64,000 bases of DNA from an uncultured Aliarcobacter sp. (GCA_963677435.1 OY781945.1:2560001-2624000), one strand, 5' to 3'; shown: positions 1-10,742, numbered from the stretch's first letter. The notes: generated from the sequence alone by a model not told the origin. Program-made: numbers and translations.

Positions 1-720
1 AATTTCACTTCTATTTTCAAGTTGTTTTTCATCATAAACTGAACTTTGAATAGCTTGTTCATTTAGCTTTTCAATAGTTTCATTTTCTAAATCAATTCCA
101 CCTAAAATATTTGATAATTGGAATTTTGCGATTTTTAAATCACCTTGTGCTTTAACCACATTTTGTTTTGCACTTGACATATTTACTTGAACTTGAAGTA
201 AATCATTTTTTGCAATTAAGCCTTGCTCATATCTGTTTTTTGAGTCTTCATATTGTTCTTGAAACAAAGTATAAGCACTTTTGTAAGTACCTAAAGCATT
301 TTGTTTATCAAGATAGTTTATATATGCTGTTTTTGTGTTTAGAACAATATCTTGTTTTGTGGCATTTAATGAATATTGAGAAGATTGAGATAAATAAATA
401 GATGATTCTTTTAACGCTAAATCTTTGAATCCATTAAATAAATTGTATGAGAATTTTAAACTTGCAACACCTTCATCTGATTCAAATCCAACATTTGCTT
501 TATCGGTATTTGTAAAACCATAAGACGCATCTAATTTTGGTAAATAGTTTGCATTGTTTGATTTTACATTCTCTAAACTTTCAATATAATCATAATTTTT
601 TGATTGTATATCAAAATTGCTTTCTAATGCTTTTTTTACAGCCTCATCAAGAGTTAAAGCATTTAGATTAACAGCTAAAAAAGCTGTTAATGATAGTGTT
701 AATAATTTTATTTTTTTCAT
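1..720 (-). CDS. TolC-family outer membrane efflux protein (3' end runs off the window)
   Basis: ATG at 720; manual translation MKKIKLLTLSLTAFLAVNLNALTLDEAVKKALESN...NYLPKLDASY...YNLFNGF shows a signal peptide and TolC-type motifs; last gene of the RND operon. Not in the ORF track because it is truncated. Confidence 0.85.
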   Translation of the reverse strand, partial: MKKIKLLTLSLTAFLAVNLNALTLDEAVKKALESNFDIQSKNYDYIESLENVKSNNANYLPKLDASYGFTNTDKANVGFESDEGVASLKFSYNLFNGFKDLALKESSIYLSQSSQYSLNATKQDIVLNTKTAYINYLDKQNALGTYKSAYTLFQEQYEDSKNRYEQGLIAKNDLLQVQVNMSSAKQNVVKAQGDLKIAKFQLSNILGGIDLENETIEKLNEQAIQSSVYDEKQLENRSEI

Positions 721-733
721 AACTATTTTCCTT

Positions 734-3700
734 TTATGATTTACTTACATCTACATTTTGGACTGATTTTTCATCAGGTACTACTCTTTTTTCATATTTA
801 ATAAAAAACATTAAAAGAGCAGGTGTAACAAATATAGTAAACACTGTTGAAAGTGTAAGTCCACCTGTAATTACTGAACCTAAACCTCTATAAAATTCAC
901 TTCCAGGTCCTGGAATTAAAACCAATGGTAACATTCCAAAAATAGAAGTTAAAGAACTCATATAAATTGGTCTAATTCTTGTTCTTGTAGCTTCAATAAC
1001 TGCGGCTTTATGTTCATATCCTTCATCTCTAATTAGATTTAAACTTTGGTGAACTATCAAAATGGCATTATTTACAACGATTCCAATTAAAATAATAAAT
1101 CCAAGCATTGTTAAAACATCTAAAGGTTGTGGCTCAATAAACTTATTTGTTAAAGCAAGTCCTATAAATCCACCAGCAGTTGCAAGTGGAACTGTAAACA
1201 TAATAACTATTGGATATAAGAAATTACCAAATAATGCTGCCATTAACAAATATATAATTATTAAAGCCAAAATAAAGTTCATACTTAACATTCCAATTGT
1301 TTCTGTTAATTTATCAGCTGCTCCACTTATTCCGATTTCAACATTTTTTGAAATTTTTCCATCTTTTTCCATACTTTCAATTGCACCACTTAAAATAGTC
1401 ATGGTTTCTTGAATAGTCATATTAACAGGTGGCGTTACTTGTAAAGTTATAGTTCTTTTTCCATCTAAGTGTCTAATTTCACTAATACCTGTTGTATCAA
1501 AAGCACTAGCAAGTGAAGACATTGGAACTAATGCTCCATTTGGAACAACAACTTGCGCTGATAGAATATCTTCAGGAGTTTTTATTTGTTCATCATTTGC
1601 TTTTAAAACTAAATCTATTTTTTTCTTTCCATCTTGTTCAAAGTCTGATATTTTTCTTCCACTCATTAAAACATCAGTCATAATACCTAAATCACTAGAA
1701 CTTAAATTTAGAGCTTTTAAAGCATCTTGATTTGGTTTTATTCGCACTTCTGGATAAAGTAACTCAATAGATGGAACTGGTCGTACTTGTGCTCCAGAAA
1801 TTGCCCCACTAGCTGCCATAAATAATTGAGTTCCTACATTTGCAATATCCTCAATCTTTTCACCACTAATATCAATATTAACTGTTTTACCCTCACCAAT
1901 ATCATCTTCAAAAACACCTGATTGCAAAGATACTCCAAACACTGATGGAAGTGAATTTACTATTGGTCTAAAAAATGGTATTAATTCCCTTGCACGGCTT
2001 TCATGCATTGAAGTTGCACCAAATAAACTGAAATCCCCAAAAGAAACAAAAAATGCTCTATTAATTCCTGGAACTCCATCTACATCTTTATTTATATTTG
2101 GCTCAACTTTTTTCATCAAATATGCACCCATGTTATATCTTTCTTCATAAGAAAGACCTGGAGGTGTGATTAAAATATTAAAAATTAAGTTTTTATTTCC
2201 TTGTGGCAAATAGTCCATTTTAGGAAATAAAGAGATAATAATTAAAGCTGAAAATGTACCTAATGTTCCTATTGTTATTAACTTGTTCATTGTTGTTTTT
2301 AATGACCATTTAATTATTCTCATAAATAAATTTACAAATTTATTTCCAAATCTAGTTAATGAACTATCACCTCGTGGCTCTTTTCCTGAAATACTTGCAA
2401 ATTTTTTCCAAAGCATTGGAATAACTGTAATTGAAACAAATAAAGAGAATAATACAGATGATGTAACAGCAATTGCAATATCTTTAAATAACTGCCCTGC
2501 TTCATCTTGTAAAAAAATAATTGGAATAAATACAGCCATAGTTGTAGATGAACTAGCGACTAAAGCTCCCCAAACTTCTTGTGTTCCTTTATAAGCTGCA
2601 TCACTTACACTCATTCCTTCTTTTCTGTGTCTATCTATATTTTCTAATACAACAATTGCACTATCAACCAACATACCAACAGCAAAGGAGATTCCAGCAA
2701 GTGAAATAGTATTTAAACTTCTTCCCAACCATGATAAGACAATAAATGTTCCAATTACAGAAATAGGAATAGCCACAGCAACAACTGCTGTTGGAGAGGC
2801 AGCTCTTAAAAATAGTATTAAAATAATTACAGCTAAAAGTCCTCCAACTAAAATATTTTGTTGCACTAAATCAACTGAACCTACGATATATGGTCTTTGG
2901 TCATATATCCATCTCATATTTAAACCCTCTTTTTTAAGGCTTGTTTCATTTAGTTCATTTACAACTTTTTCCACATCATTTGTAAGTTGTACAATATTTG
3001 CATCAGCACTTGGCTGGACACCTAAGAAAATTCCATCTTTACCCAAAAACATAGCAACTGTGCTAGCAGTTTCATATCCAAAATCAACTGTTGCCACATC
3101 TCCTACTGTTACTCTTTGCTCTCTATTTGAAACTAAAATAACATCTTTAATATCTTGTGGAGATAAAAATTTATGCACAGTTCTAATTCTGTATGATCGT
3201 CTTCCCATATTCTGAGTTCCAGCAGAAATATCTACATTTTCTGCTTGTAAAATATTAATAACTTGTTGAATTGTAAGATTATAAGCTGCAAGTTTATTCA
3301 CATCAAGATTTACTTGCATTTCTTGTTCTCGTCCACCTCCATCCATAGTTCCAGAAACTCCATCAACTCTTTTAATAAGTGGTTTTATTTCATCATTAAA
3401 ATATGTTCTGTATTCATCAATATTTCTTTTATTATCATCTAAAGTTTGTAACATCATCCAAATAACTGGACTTGCAGTTGCAGTTTCAATAATTGGTTCA
3501 TCTACATTATCAGGATAAGAACTAACTTCATTTAGTTTATTTGAAACATCTTGAAGTGCTACTCTAATATCAGTTCCCAGTTTAAAAGTAAGTTTTACTT
3601 CTCCTGAATTATCTGTTGATGAAGACTCATATTCTAATAAATTATTTAAACTTTTTAAAGCATCTTCTTGCTCTTCTATAATTTCTCGCTCTATTTCATA

Positions 3701-3868
3701 AGGCGTTGCACCTGGCCATACTGTTGTAATTTTAATTTCTGGTTTTGAAACATTTGGAGTTAATTGGTAAGGTAAATTACCAAGTGATATAAATCCAAAT
3801 AAAACCACAATCAAAACTGAAACAATAATAGTTACAGGGTTTTTAATTGAAAATTTTATTAAATCCAT
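734..3868 (-). CDS. RND efflux transporter permease subunit (AcrB/AcrD/AcrF family)
   Basis: 1044 aa; GMLVDSAIVVLENI in TM4, GIVVNNAIL, RIRPIYM motifs. Confidence 0.95.
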   Translation of the reverse strand: MDLIKFSIKNPVTIIVSVLIVVLFGFISLGNLPYQLTPNVSKPEIKITTVWPGATPYEIEREIIEEQEDALKSLNNLLEYESSSTDNSGEVKLTFKLGTDIRVALQDVSNKLNEVSSYPDNVDEPIIETATASPVIWMMLQTLDDNKRNIDEYRTYFNDEIKPLIKRVDGVSGTMDGGGREQEMQVNLDVNKLAAYNLTIQQVINILQAENVDISAGTQNMGRRSYRIRTVHKFLSPQDIKDVILVSNREQRVTVGDVATVDFGYETASTVAMFLGKDGIFLGVQPSADANIVQLTNDVEKVVNELNETSLKKEGLNMRWIYDQRPYIVGSVDLVQQNILVGGLLAVIILILFLRAASPTAVVAVAIPISVIGTFIVLSWLGRSLNTISLAGISFAVGMLVDSAIVVLENIDRHRKEGMSVSDAAYKGTQEVWGALVASSSTTMAVFIPIIFLQDEAGQLFKDIAIAVTSSVLFSLFVSITVIPMLWKKFASISGKEPRGDSSLTRFGNKFVNLFMRIIKWSLKTTMNKLITIGTLGTFSALIIISLFPKMDYLPQGNKNLIFNILITPPGLSYEERYNMGAYLMKKVEPNINKDVDGVPGINRAFFVSFGDFSLFGATSMHESRARELIPFFRPIVNSLPSVFGVSLQSGVFEDDIGEGKTVNIDISGEKIEDIANVGTQLFMAASGAISGAQVRPVPSIELLYPEVRIKPNQDALKALNLSSSDLGIMTDVLMSGRKISDFEQDGKKKIDLVLKANDEQIKTPEDILSAQVVVPNGALVPMSSLASAFDTTGISEIRHLDGKRTITLQVTPPVNMTIQETMTILSGAIESMEKDGKISKNVEIGISGAADKLTETIGMLSMNFILALIIIYLLMAALFGNFLYPIVIMFTVPLATAGGFIGLALTNKFIEPQPLDVLTMLGFIILIGIVVNNAILIVHQSLNLIRDEGYEHKAAVIEATRTRIRPIYMSSLTSIFGMLPLVLIPGPGSEFYRGLGSVITGGLTLSTVFTIFVTPALLMFFIKYEKRVVPDEKSVQNVDVSKS

Positions 3869-3876
3869 TATTTGTC

Positions 3877-4947
3877 CTATTTGTTTTTTGTGTTATTATT
3901 TAATACTTTTACACCCATATCAGGGAAAACTCTCTCATTTCCTTTTGTAACTAATTGCATTCCATCAACTAATCCCTCACCAGTAATTGCAGCATTTAAT
4001 CCAAAATAAGTAGTAACTTTTACAGGAATCATCACAGCTTTATCATTTACAACAGCAAAAACAACATCCATATTAAATCTTTTAATAACTGCATCTCTAT
4101 TTATTACAAGTGCACTATTTTTTGTCTCTTTTGCAAAATTAATTTTTGCACTTGCACCATCAAAAATGAACTTATCTCCGGCATCTGCTTTGAATCTAAC
4201 AGGGAAAGTTCTTGTTAATTTATCTCCACTTGGAATCGCAGCATAAAGTTTTGCTTTAATGATTTCATCTGAAATATTTATATCATAAACATCTCCACTT
4301 TTTAATCCACCAATAAAAGATATAGGAAGATTAAAAACAATTTCTAAATCTTCTGTATTTACTATTGTTGCTACTAAACTTCCTTGGTCTAACCATTCAT
4401 TTAAATTTATATTTTTTTCAACAATTACACCTGAATATGGAGCTTTTATAACTTTTTTTGATTTTTGAATATTTAGCTCATTTAATTTTGCTTTTGATGA
4501 GATAAGATTCTCATTTGCCACATCATATTCAACTTTTACATCATCAAAAACTTTTTGTGAAATAGAATTTTTTCCAATTAAAGAAGCATATCTATCATAA
4601 TTTTTCTTTGAATTTTTTAACTGAACTTCATACATATTTACAGCAGCTTGAGAAGCTTTGATTTGCGCATCTAAAATATCAGAATCTATTTGAACTAAAA
4701 CATCATCTTTTTTAACTTTTTGTCCAACTTCAAAATTTATCTTTTTTACTACACCTGAACTTTCACTGGCAATTTTTGATTTTTTATCAAAATTTACAGT
4801 TCCAATAAATTCTTGTAAATCATTCACTTCTTGTGTTTTTAATGCTTGAGTTTCAACTAATGCAACTTGAGGTGCAGCCTCTTCAGCATTTAAATTTGAA
4901 AACATTAAAAAAGTAGATACTAAGACTAAACTAATTTTTTTTATCAT
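3877..4947 (-). CDS. RND efflux periplasmic adaptor (membrane fusion protein)
   Basis: Signal peptide, lipoyl-hairpin pattern (SGVVKKINFEVGQKVKKDD...IKAPYSGVI), TRTF motif; adjacent to RND permease. Confidence 0.93.
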   Translation of the reverse strand: MIKKISLVLVSTFLMFSNLNAEEAAPQVALVETQALKTQEVNDLQEFIGTVNFDKKSKIASESSGVVKKINFEVGQKVKKDDVLVQIDSDILDAQIKASQAAVNMYEVQLKNSKKNYDRYASLIGKNSISQKVFDDVKVEYDVANENLISSKAKLNELNIQKSKKVIKAPYSGVIVEKNINLNEWLDQGSLVATIVNTEDLEIVFNLPISFIGGLKSGDVYDINISDEIIKAKLYAAIPSGDKLTRTFPVRFKADAGDKFIFDGASAKINFAKETKNSALVINRDAVIKRFNMDVVFAVVNDKAVMIPVKVTTYFGLNAAITGEGLVDGMQLVTKGNERVFPDMGVKVLNNNTKNK

Positions 4948-4957
4948 TTTTATTTCC

Positions 4958-5185
4958 TTATATTTTTACTATTAACTTATGTACAATTTTATGCACTATT
5001 GGAGCAACAACCACAATTATAGGAAAGGCACAAATAAAAGCAATTCCCCAGGCATTTAACCAGCTAGAGATAAAAATCTCAACAAACCCTAAATTTATAT
5101 ATGTAATTATGAAGCTCATTATAAAACTCATAAATAACGCCATAAAAAAGGCGAAAACTATTCTTTCATATCTTCTACTTATCAT
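4958..5185 (-). CDS. Small two-TM membrane protein (DUF2798-like)
   Basis: 75 aa, FMALFMSFIMS...SWLNAWGIAF pattern; sits inside the efflux operon. Confidence 0.75.
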   Translation of the reverse strand: MISRRYERIVFAFFMALFMSFIMSFIITYINLGFVEIFISSWLNAWGIAFICAFPIIVVVAPIVHKIVHKLIVKI

Positions 5186-5781
5186 TTTTTTTCCTCTATT
5201 AATTCAAATAAATTATTTATAAAATTTTTGCAAAGGCTACTTACATCAAAATGCTCTTGTGTCATTTTTAGTAAAGTCAAACCATTTTCAAAAACAATCA
5301 AACTATCTACAAAATCTAAAGATTTTGGTGTTAATTCTTTTTTCTCAATTCCTTCAAGAAAAATCTTTTTCAATTGTTCTGTAAAAAAAATATGACATTT
5401 ATTGTTATATTTTTTCATTGATTGATTATCATCACTTAAAACAACTGATAAATACTCTTTATAACCATTAAACTCTTTTTGATTTTCAGCACTTTCATCC
5501 AATACAAATTTAAAAAAAAGAAAAACTTTTTCTTTTATTGTTTTTATATCTTTTATATTTTCCAAAAATTCATTATGGTAATTTTCAATATTTATATTAA
5601 TTATTTCAAAAACAATATCATCTTTATTTTCGAAATACTCATAAATAGTACCTTTTCCAATTCCTGCTGTTTTTGCAGCTTCTGAAACTGTCAATTTTCT
5701 AATTCCCACCTGATTTATTAAATCCATGCACGAAATAGCTATTTCTCTTCTTTTTTGTTCTTTATCAACTCTTGGTGCCAT
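5182..5781 (-). CDS. TetR/AcrR family transcriptional regulator
   Basis: N-terminal HTH TVSEAAKTAGIGKGTIYEYFENK; first gene of the operon. Confidence 0.95.
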   Translation of the reverse strand: MAPRVDKEQKRREIAISCMDLINQVGIRKLTVSEAAKTAGIGKGTIYEYFENKDDIVFEIININIENYHNEFLENIKDIKTIKEKVFLFFKFVLDESAENQKEFNGYKEYLSVVLSDDNQSMKKYNNKCHIFFTEQLKKIFLEGIEKKELTPKSLDFVDSLIVFENGLTLLKMTQEHFDVSSLCKNFINNLFELIEEKK

Positions 5782-5814
5782 GATTATCCTTAAAAAATAT
5801 TATTTTTTATTGAC

Positions 5815-5827
5815 TGACCGTCGGTCA
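5815..5827. promoter_or_regulatory. Putative TetR operator 1 (TGACC-N3-GGTCA)
   Basis: tgacc-gtc-ggtca palindrome just upstream of tetR; same motif recurs at 5872. Confidence 0.7.
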
Positions 5828-5871
5828 AGTTTGGAAGTATACTAAGAGAAACTTAATTTATTTTGAATTTC

Positions 5872-5884
5872 TGACCAATGGTCA
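5872..5884. promoter_or_regulatory. Putative TetR operator 2 (TGACC-N3-GGTCA)
   Basis: tgacc-aat-ggtca, second copy of the motif. Confidence 0.65.
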
Positions 5885-5925
5885 ATAAAAATTTAAAAAA
5901 AAATTAATAGCTAAAAGCTATTAAT

Positions 5926-7377
5926 TTAAGAAGAACAAGATAGTTTAATATTTGCATGTTTCATTGGAGTTGGCTGTGCATATTTTTCAAAATCAGGATG
6001 CTCATCATAAGGATTTTGAGCGATTTTTAATAAATCATGTACCAAAGAATAATCTCCCTCATGGGCTTTTTCGATAGCTTCTTGAAGAATATAGTTTTTT
6101 AATATATATTTTGGATTTACTTTTTTCATAACTTCAAATCTTGTTTCAAAAGTCGTTTCTTGCTCATCGCAAACTTTTTTATAAGATTCAAACCATTGTT
6201 TAAGTGGCTCTTGGAAAACTGCAATATCAAGGATTGAACTTAAATCTTCAAAAGATTTAAGATGTGTGAGTCTATAAAAGAAAACATTATAATCCATCTT
6301 TGCATTTTCTAAACTTCCAAGTAACTCTAAAATCAAATGAAGATTTGAATTTCCACTTTTTGAAGCATCTAAACCTAATCTTTTGTTCATTAAATCTAAA
6401 TATACTTTTTCATGTTGTGGTAAAAATGCTTTCATATAAGATTCTAACTTACTCTCATCACAAATTAGTTTTAAAGCACTAATTAGTGCAAATAGATTCC
6501 ATCTAGCAACATAAGGTTGGTTATTATAAGAATATCGCCCTTCTGCATCTGTGTGATTACAAATAGCATTTTTTTCAAAATAATCCATAAAAGCATAAGG
6601 ACCATAATCAATAGTAAGACCAGCAACTGAAAAATTATCAGTATTCATAACTCCATGTTGAAATCCATAAACCTGCCATAAGGCCAAAAGTTCAGCTGTA
6701 TTATCAACTAAAGAATAAAACATCTTTTCATATCTATTTTCTTCATTTTCTAAGTGTGGATATGATTGTTTTATCACATAATCTGCTAGTTGTGAGATTG
6801 TTTCTTTGTCCCTACTTCGAGCAAAAAACTCAAAAGTTCCGACTCTTACCCAAGATGGTGACATTCGCAAAACTATGGCACATGACTCTTGTTCCCAATC
6901 TCTGTGAGCAAAAGAATCAGAATCAATAATACCTAAAGCTCTAGTTGTAGGAATTCCTAGACCAAACATAGCTTCACTCATAAGATATTCACGAATTGAT
7001 GAACGCAAAACTGCTCTTCCATCACCGCTTCGAGAATATCGAGTAAGCCCTGAACCTTTTGTTTGTAAATGCCAGTTGTTTACACTTCCAAGATTTATAG
7101 CTCTTCCATCTCCAAGCTGTGGAACAAAATACCCAAATTGATGCCCAGCATAAGCCATAGCAAAAGGAATTGAACCTTCTAAAATCTTGCTTCCATTTAT
7201 AAAATCTACAAATTCTTGAGTTTGACACTCAGAATAATCAAGATTTATTAAATCACAAGCAAGGGGATTAAAAGATACAAGTTTAGGATTTTTTAGTGGA
7301 GTGGGATTTACTTTGTGATAATACTTTTCATCAAACTCGAAATAATCAACTTCAAGTTTTAATTCGTTTAATTTCAT
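5926..7377 (-). CDS. selO: Protein adenylyltransferase SelO (YdiU family)
   Basis: YAGHQFG, QLGDGRA, KGSG, DGRAVLRSSIRE, HGVMNTDN, IDYGP, C-terminal SCSS; start placed at ATG 7377 (MKLNE). Confidence 0.95.
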   Translation of the reverse strand: MKLNELKLEVDYFEFDEKYYHKVNPTPLKNPKLVSFNPLACDLINLDYSECQTQEFVDFINGSKILEGSIPFAMAYAGHQFGYFVPQLGDGRAINLGSVNNWHLQTKGSGLTRYSRSGDGRAVLRSSIREYLMSEAMFGLGIPTTRALGIIDSDSFAHRDWEQESCAIVLRMSPSWVRVGTFEFFARSRDKETISQLADYVIKQSYPHLENEENRYEKMFYSLVDNTAELLALWQVYGFQHGVMNTDNFSVAGLTIDYGPYAFMDYFEKNAICNHTDAEGRYSYNNQPYVARWNLFALISALKLICDESKLESYMKAFLPQHEKVYLDLMNKRLGLDASKSGNSNLHLILELLGSLENAKMDYNVFFYRLTHLKSFEDLSSILDIAVFQEPLKQWFESYKKVCDEQETTFETRFEVMKKVNPKYILKNYILQEAIEKAHEGDYSLVHDLLKIAQNPYDEHPDFEKYAQPTPMKHANIKLSCSS

Positions 7378-7462
7378 AATTTTTCTCTTTTGATAAATAT
7401 TTGTTTGTATATGCAAGAAGCTTACCAAAAGATGACATAAAAGAGGATAAGTTTAGTCTGGT

Positions 7463-10405
7463 TTAGATGTCTTTACAGAATTTACCTTTTTTCTTATAAT
7501 TTAAATTCTTTTCTTTTTTAATTTTCATATCAATATCAATAATAAAATTAAATGCTGTAGTTAATAATGATTCGGAATTATATTCATTTTTTAATATCTC
7601 TATAGCTTTATTCATAAACATTTTTGCATTTTTGCATTCTTTTTTTTCTTTATATAAATAAGCTAAATTAGAATAAATAATAGATATTGTTTGATTGTTA
7701 TTTCCTATGTATTCAGATAAAACTAATGCTTTTTTTTGATAGTTCAACGCCATGTCATAATCTTTTTTATCTTGATACATCATTGCAATATTATTATAAT
7801 TATTTATCAAAGAAAAATTATTCTCTCCAAAAAGTAATAAATTCAATTCTAATGCTTTTTTTTGATAATTAAAAGCCTCTTTTTTATTCCCTAAATTTTG
7901 ATAAATCATTGATAAATTATTATAATTACTTATTAAATCTGGATGATTAGCACCGAATAATTCTATTCTTAAATTAATTGCTTTTTCTAAATATTCAAAA
8001 GCTTTTATTTGATTTCCAATATTTTCATATAGAGTAGAGTAGTTAGTATAAATATTTGCTAAATCTAAATGCTTTTCTCCTAAAATTTGTAATCCTAAGA
8101 CTAATGCTTTTTCTTGAAATTCAAATGCTTTCTTATTTTCTTTCAAATCATTATATAGGATTGATAAATTACTATAAGTAATTGGCAATTCAGGATACTT
8201 CTCTCCAGCTAGTTCTAACTTTAAATTTAAAGATTTGAAAAGATAGAAATAAGCTTTATCTAAATCTTTCAATATATGATAAATTAAATATAAATAATCA
8301 TAATTTTGTAAAACTTTTAAAGTTGTATTTCCGAAAATATTTAATCTAATATTAATAGCTTCATTTTGTAAAAGAATCGATTTTTCAAATTGATAAGAAT
8401 ATATGTACAGCAATGTCAAAGAATCTAATAATTCACAGTAAAGTTCATCATTTTTATTTTTAAATACATTCAATATTGTTTCAATTATTGGAATATAAAT
8501 ACTAAATTTATTAAAAAGATATGCAAAATTATTGAAATTAATATATTTAATTATATTTTCAAATATAAAAGTAATTTTTTCAAACTCCATTTTGTACTCT
8601 GTTAAAATAAATGTTCTAATAATTTGATGAAGTTTATATGAGTCTTCTTTGTTTGTTAGCCAACCTCTTTCAACTAATTTTTGAAGATTTACTCTTAGTT
8701 TTTCTAATCCAATAGACTTTTCTAAAATCTCAAAACTTATCTCAATAGATGGAAATATTGCTAAGATTTGTAATAGCTCTTTTAGTTCATCTTTTGACTC
8801 ACTTTTAAACTGTCTATCAAAGGTATTTTGTAAATGTTCTTGAAAATTTTTACCCTTTTTTGAATCAATTTTTGAAATGGTGTTATTTTTTATATTTTCT
8901 CTTAATTCATTTAAAGTTATAAATTTACTCTCAAGAGAACTTGATGTTAATGTAATAAATAAAGGATGATTATCCAAATACTCCAAAATATCTTCTATAT
9001 TTTCATCTTTATTATAAATACTTAAAAATAACTCTTTTGCATCATGTGGATTTAAAGTATCAATATTTAACTGATTTTGTTTATCTATATCTTTTCTTGT
9101 AGTTATTAATAAATCAAAATTTGTATTTAAAGCTTTTATTTTTTCAAAATCTTCAATATTTTCCAAATTGTCCAAAAGTAAAAGATTTCTTTGAGGAAGT
9201 TTTTGTAATCGTAAAATTACAGAATCTAAAGTTACATCATTTTCTAAACCAAACTCATTTTTGAATTTTCGAATAAAAACCTCTTCAATTGAAGAGTCAT
9301 CTTTTGTAAACTCAATAAATGCAATATTTTTATATTTGTGTGCATTTTCGTGTAAATACTTATACGACAACTCACTTTTACCAACTCCACCTATTCCATT
9401 TACTATGCAAATCAGACTATTTTGAGCTAGTCGTTTTTCTATCTCTGCTAATTCATCTTTTCTTCCAATAAAATCTTTATTTATACTTGGAAGAGTTGTT
9501 AGTTGTTTGAACTCTAGTTTAGTTTGAGGTAGATTTTTTTCTTCTATTTTATTTTCATTGTTTGTTAAAGTTGGAGCTAATGATTTTATTTTATCTATTA
9601 AATCTTGTCCATGATTTTCGTATTCTATAACTTTTATATTTTTATTTAAAGTATTTGGATTTGAACCTTGTTTACATAAAACATAATGTTCATGGCTATT
9701 TCCACCAAAAATATCTATTGTTCTATTTAACTGATTTACTACAAATTCATCATCTAAACTAAAGCCAATAAATAGAAGAGATTTTGTATTTATCGTAGTT
9801 CGTAAAGTTTCCAATGCACTTTTATATCTGCTGTTTGTGGAATCTGTTGTGTAAAGTTCATTATATTTTTGTGAAGTTAGAATAGTATTATTTATATTAT
9901 CAATATGTCCGTGTAAATGCCAAATAGTGGATTGATTAAGACCATCTCTTAAAGATGTAGCTTGTTCATGAATTGCTTCAATATCCCAAAATTTTTTATT
10001 TGTATCTGAACAAGCGTGATAAAGTACTTTGTCATAATTAGTAGTGATAATAAGTTTACAATTAAGTTCCCAAATAGTTTTTGCAAGTTCTAAAGTTGAA
10101 TTATCAATTTCATTAAAATCTATATCAAAAATTTCTTTTAATGTTTTATTAAATTCTGTTGTACTCAGCTCTTTTTCAATCATATCTGCAATTTGGAGAT
10201 AATCAATGTCATCATCTTTTAAAAAAGAACTAATTCCATTTTTTTTATTTTCATTAGAAACTTTTTCATTTAATTTAATTAATAATTCTTTCCAATTAAC
10301 AAAAACTTTTTCACCATTTTTATATTTTACATCTTTAGAAACACCTGCACCAACAAAAGGAATAACTTTATTTTCACTAATTAATCTTTTTAATTCTTCT
10401 TCCAA
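7463..10405 (-). CDS. SIR2-like NADase - STAND (NB-ARC-like) ATPase - TPR protein, putative anti-phage NLR-like sensor-effector
   Basis: SIR2 motifs FVGAGVS, TTNYD, HLHG, FIGFSLDD; Walker A GIGGVGKS, Walker B LLLLDNLE, LITTR, HPL, LHQ; C-terminal TPRs of the GEKHxDLA..YxNL type. Confidence 0.88.
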   Translation of the reverse strand: MEEELKRLISENKVIPFVGAGVSKDVKYKNGEKVFVNWKELLIKLNEKVSNENKKNGISSFLKDDDIDYLQIADMIEKELSTTEFNKTLKEIFDIDFNEIDNSTLELAKTIWELNCKLIITTNYDKVLYHACSDTNKKFWDIEAIHEQATSLRDGLNQSTIWHLHGHIDNINNTILTSQKYNELYTTDSTNSRYKSALETLRTTINTKSLLFIGFSLDDEFVVNQLNRTIDIFGGNSHEHYVLCKQGSNPNTLNKNIKVIEYENHGQDLIDKIKSLAPTLTNNENKIEEKNLPQTKLEFKQLTTLPSINKDFIGRKDELAEIEKRLAQNSLICIVNGIGGVGKSELSYKYLHENAHKYKNIAFIEFTKDDSSIEEVFIRKFKNEFGLENDVTLDSVILRLQKLPQRNLLLLDNLENIEDFEKIKALNTNFDLLITTRKDIDKQNQLNIDTLNPHDAKELFLSIYNKDENIEDILEYLDNHPLFITLTSSSLESKFITLNELRENIKNNTISKIDSKKGKNFQEHLQNTFDRQFKSESKDELKELLQILAIFPSIEISFEILEKSIGLEKLRVNLQKLVERGWLTNKEDSYKLHQIIRTFILTEYKMEFEKITFIFENIIKYINFNNFAYLFNKFSIYIPIIETILNVFKNKNDELYCELLDSLTLLYIYSYQFEKSILLQNEAINIRLNIFGNTTLKVLQNYDYLYLIYHILKDLDKAYFYLFKSLNLKLELAGEKYPELPITYSNLSILYNDLKENKKAFEFQEKALVLGLQILGEKHLDLANIYTNYSTLYENIGNQIKAFEYLEKAINLRIELFGANHPDLISNYNNLSMIYQNLGNKKEAFNYQKKALELNLLLFGENNFSLINNYNNIAMMYQDKKDYDMALNYQKKALVLSEYIGNNNQTISIIYSNLAYLYKEKKECKNAKMFMNKAIEILKNEYNSESLLTTAFNFIIDIDMKIKKEKNLNYKKKGKFCKDI

Positions 10406-10538
10406 ATTTAACCAACCAATATATTTTTTACATTTTAGCTAAATTATTAATTAATCCCTAAAGTTTGATTATTACTATCTGCTGATTTTAAATCTTCAAT
10501 TTGATATAATCTAAAAACATTAACTAAAAGGTTTTCCT

Positions 10539-10742
10539 ATGTCAAAAAACGATATTTTAGAGAGTGCTTTAAACTTACCAATTGAAGATAGAATCAAGTT
10601 AGTTGAGACTTTATTAGAAAGTTATAACTCTTTTGATAATGATTCAATAGAAAAAGCTTGGTTAGAAGAAGTTACAAAAAGAGCTGAAAATCTTGATACT
10701 TCGGATACTTTATCATATAAAGATTTTTTTGATGAAAATTAA
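10539..10742 (+). CDS. Addiction-module antitoxin (TIGR02574 / unstable-antitoxin type)
   Basis: ALNLPIEDRIKLVETLLES...AWLEEVTKR pattern; overlaps the downstream toxin. Confidence 0.85.
   Translation: MSKNDILESALNLPIEDRIKLVETLLESYNSFDNDSIEKAWLEEVTKRAENLDTSDTLSYKDFFDEN

Noticed and set aside
168..2594. Short plus-strand ORFs (168, 1062, 2283) and similar antisense ORFs across the window
   Set aside because: They lie opposite well-supported genes and show no motifs.
5926..5945. Possible selenocysteine at the SelO C-terminus
   Set aside because: The gene ends SCSS with a TAA stop; no in-frame TGA.
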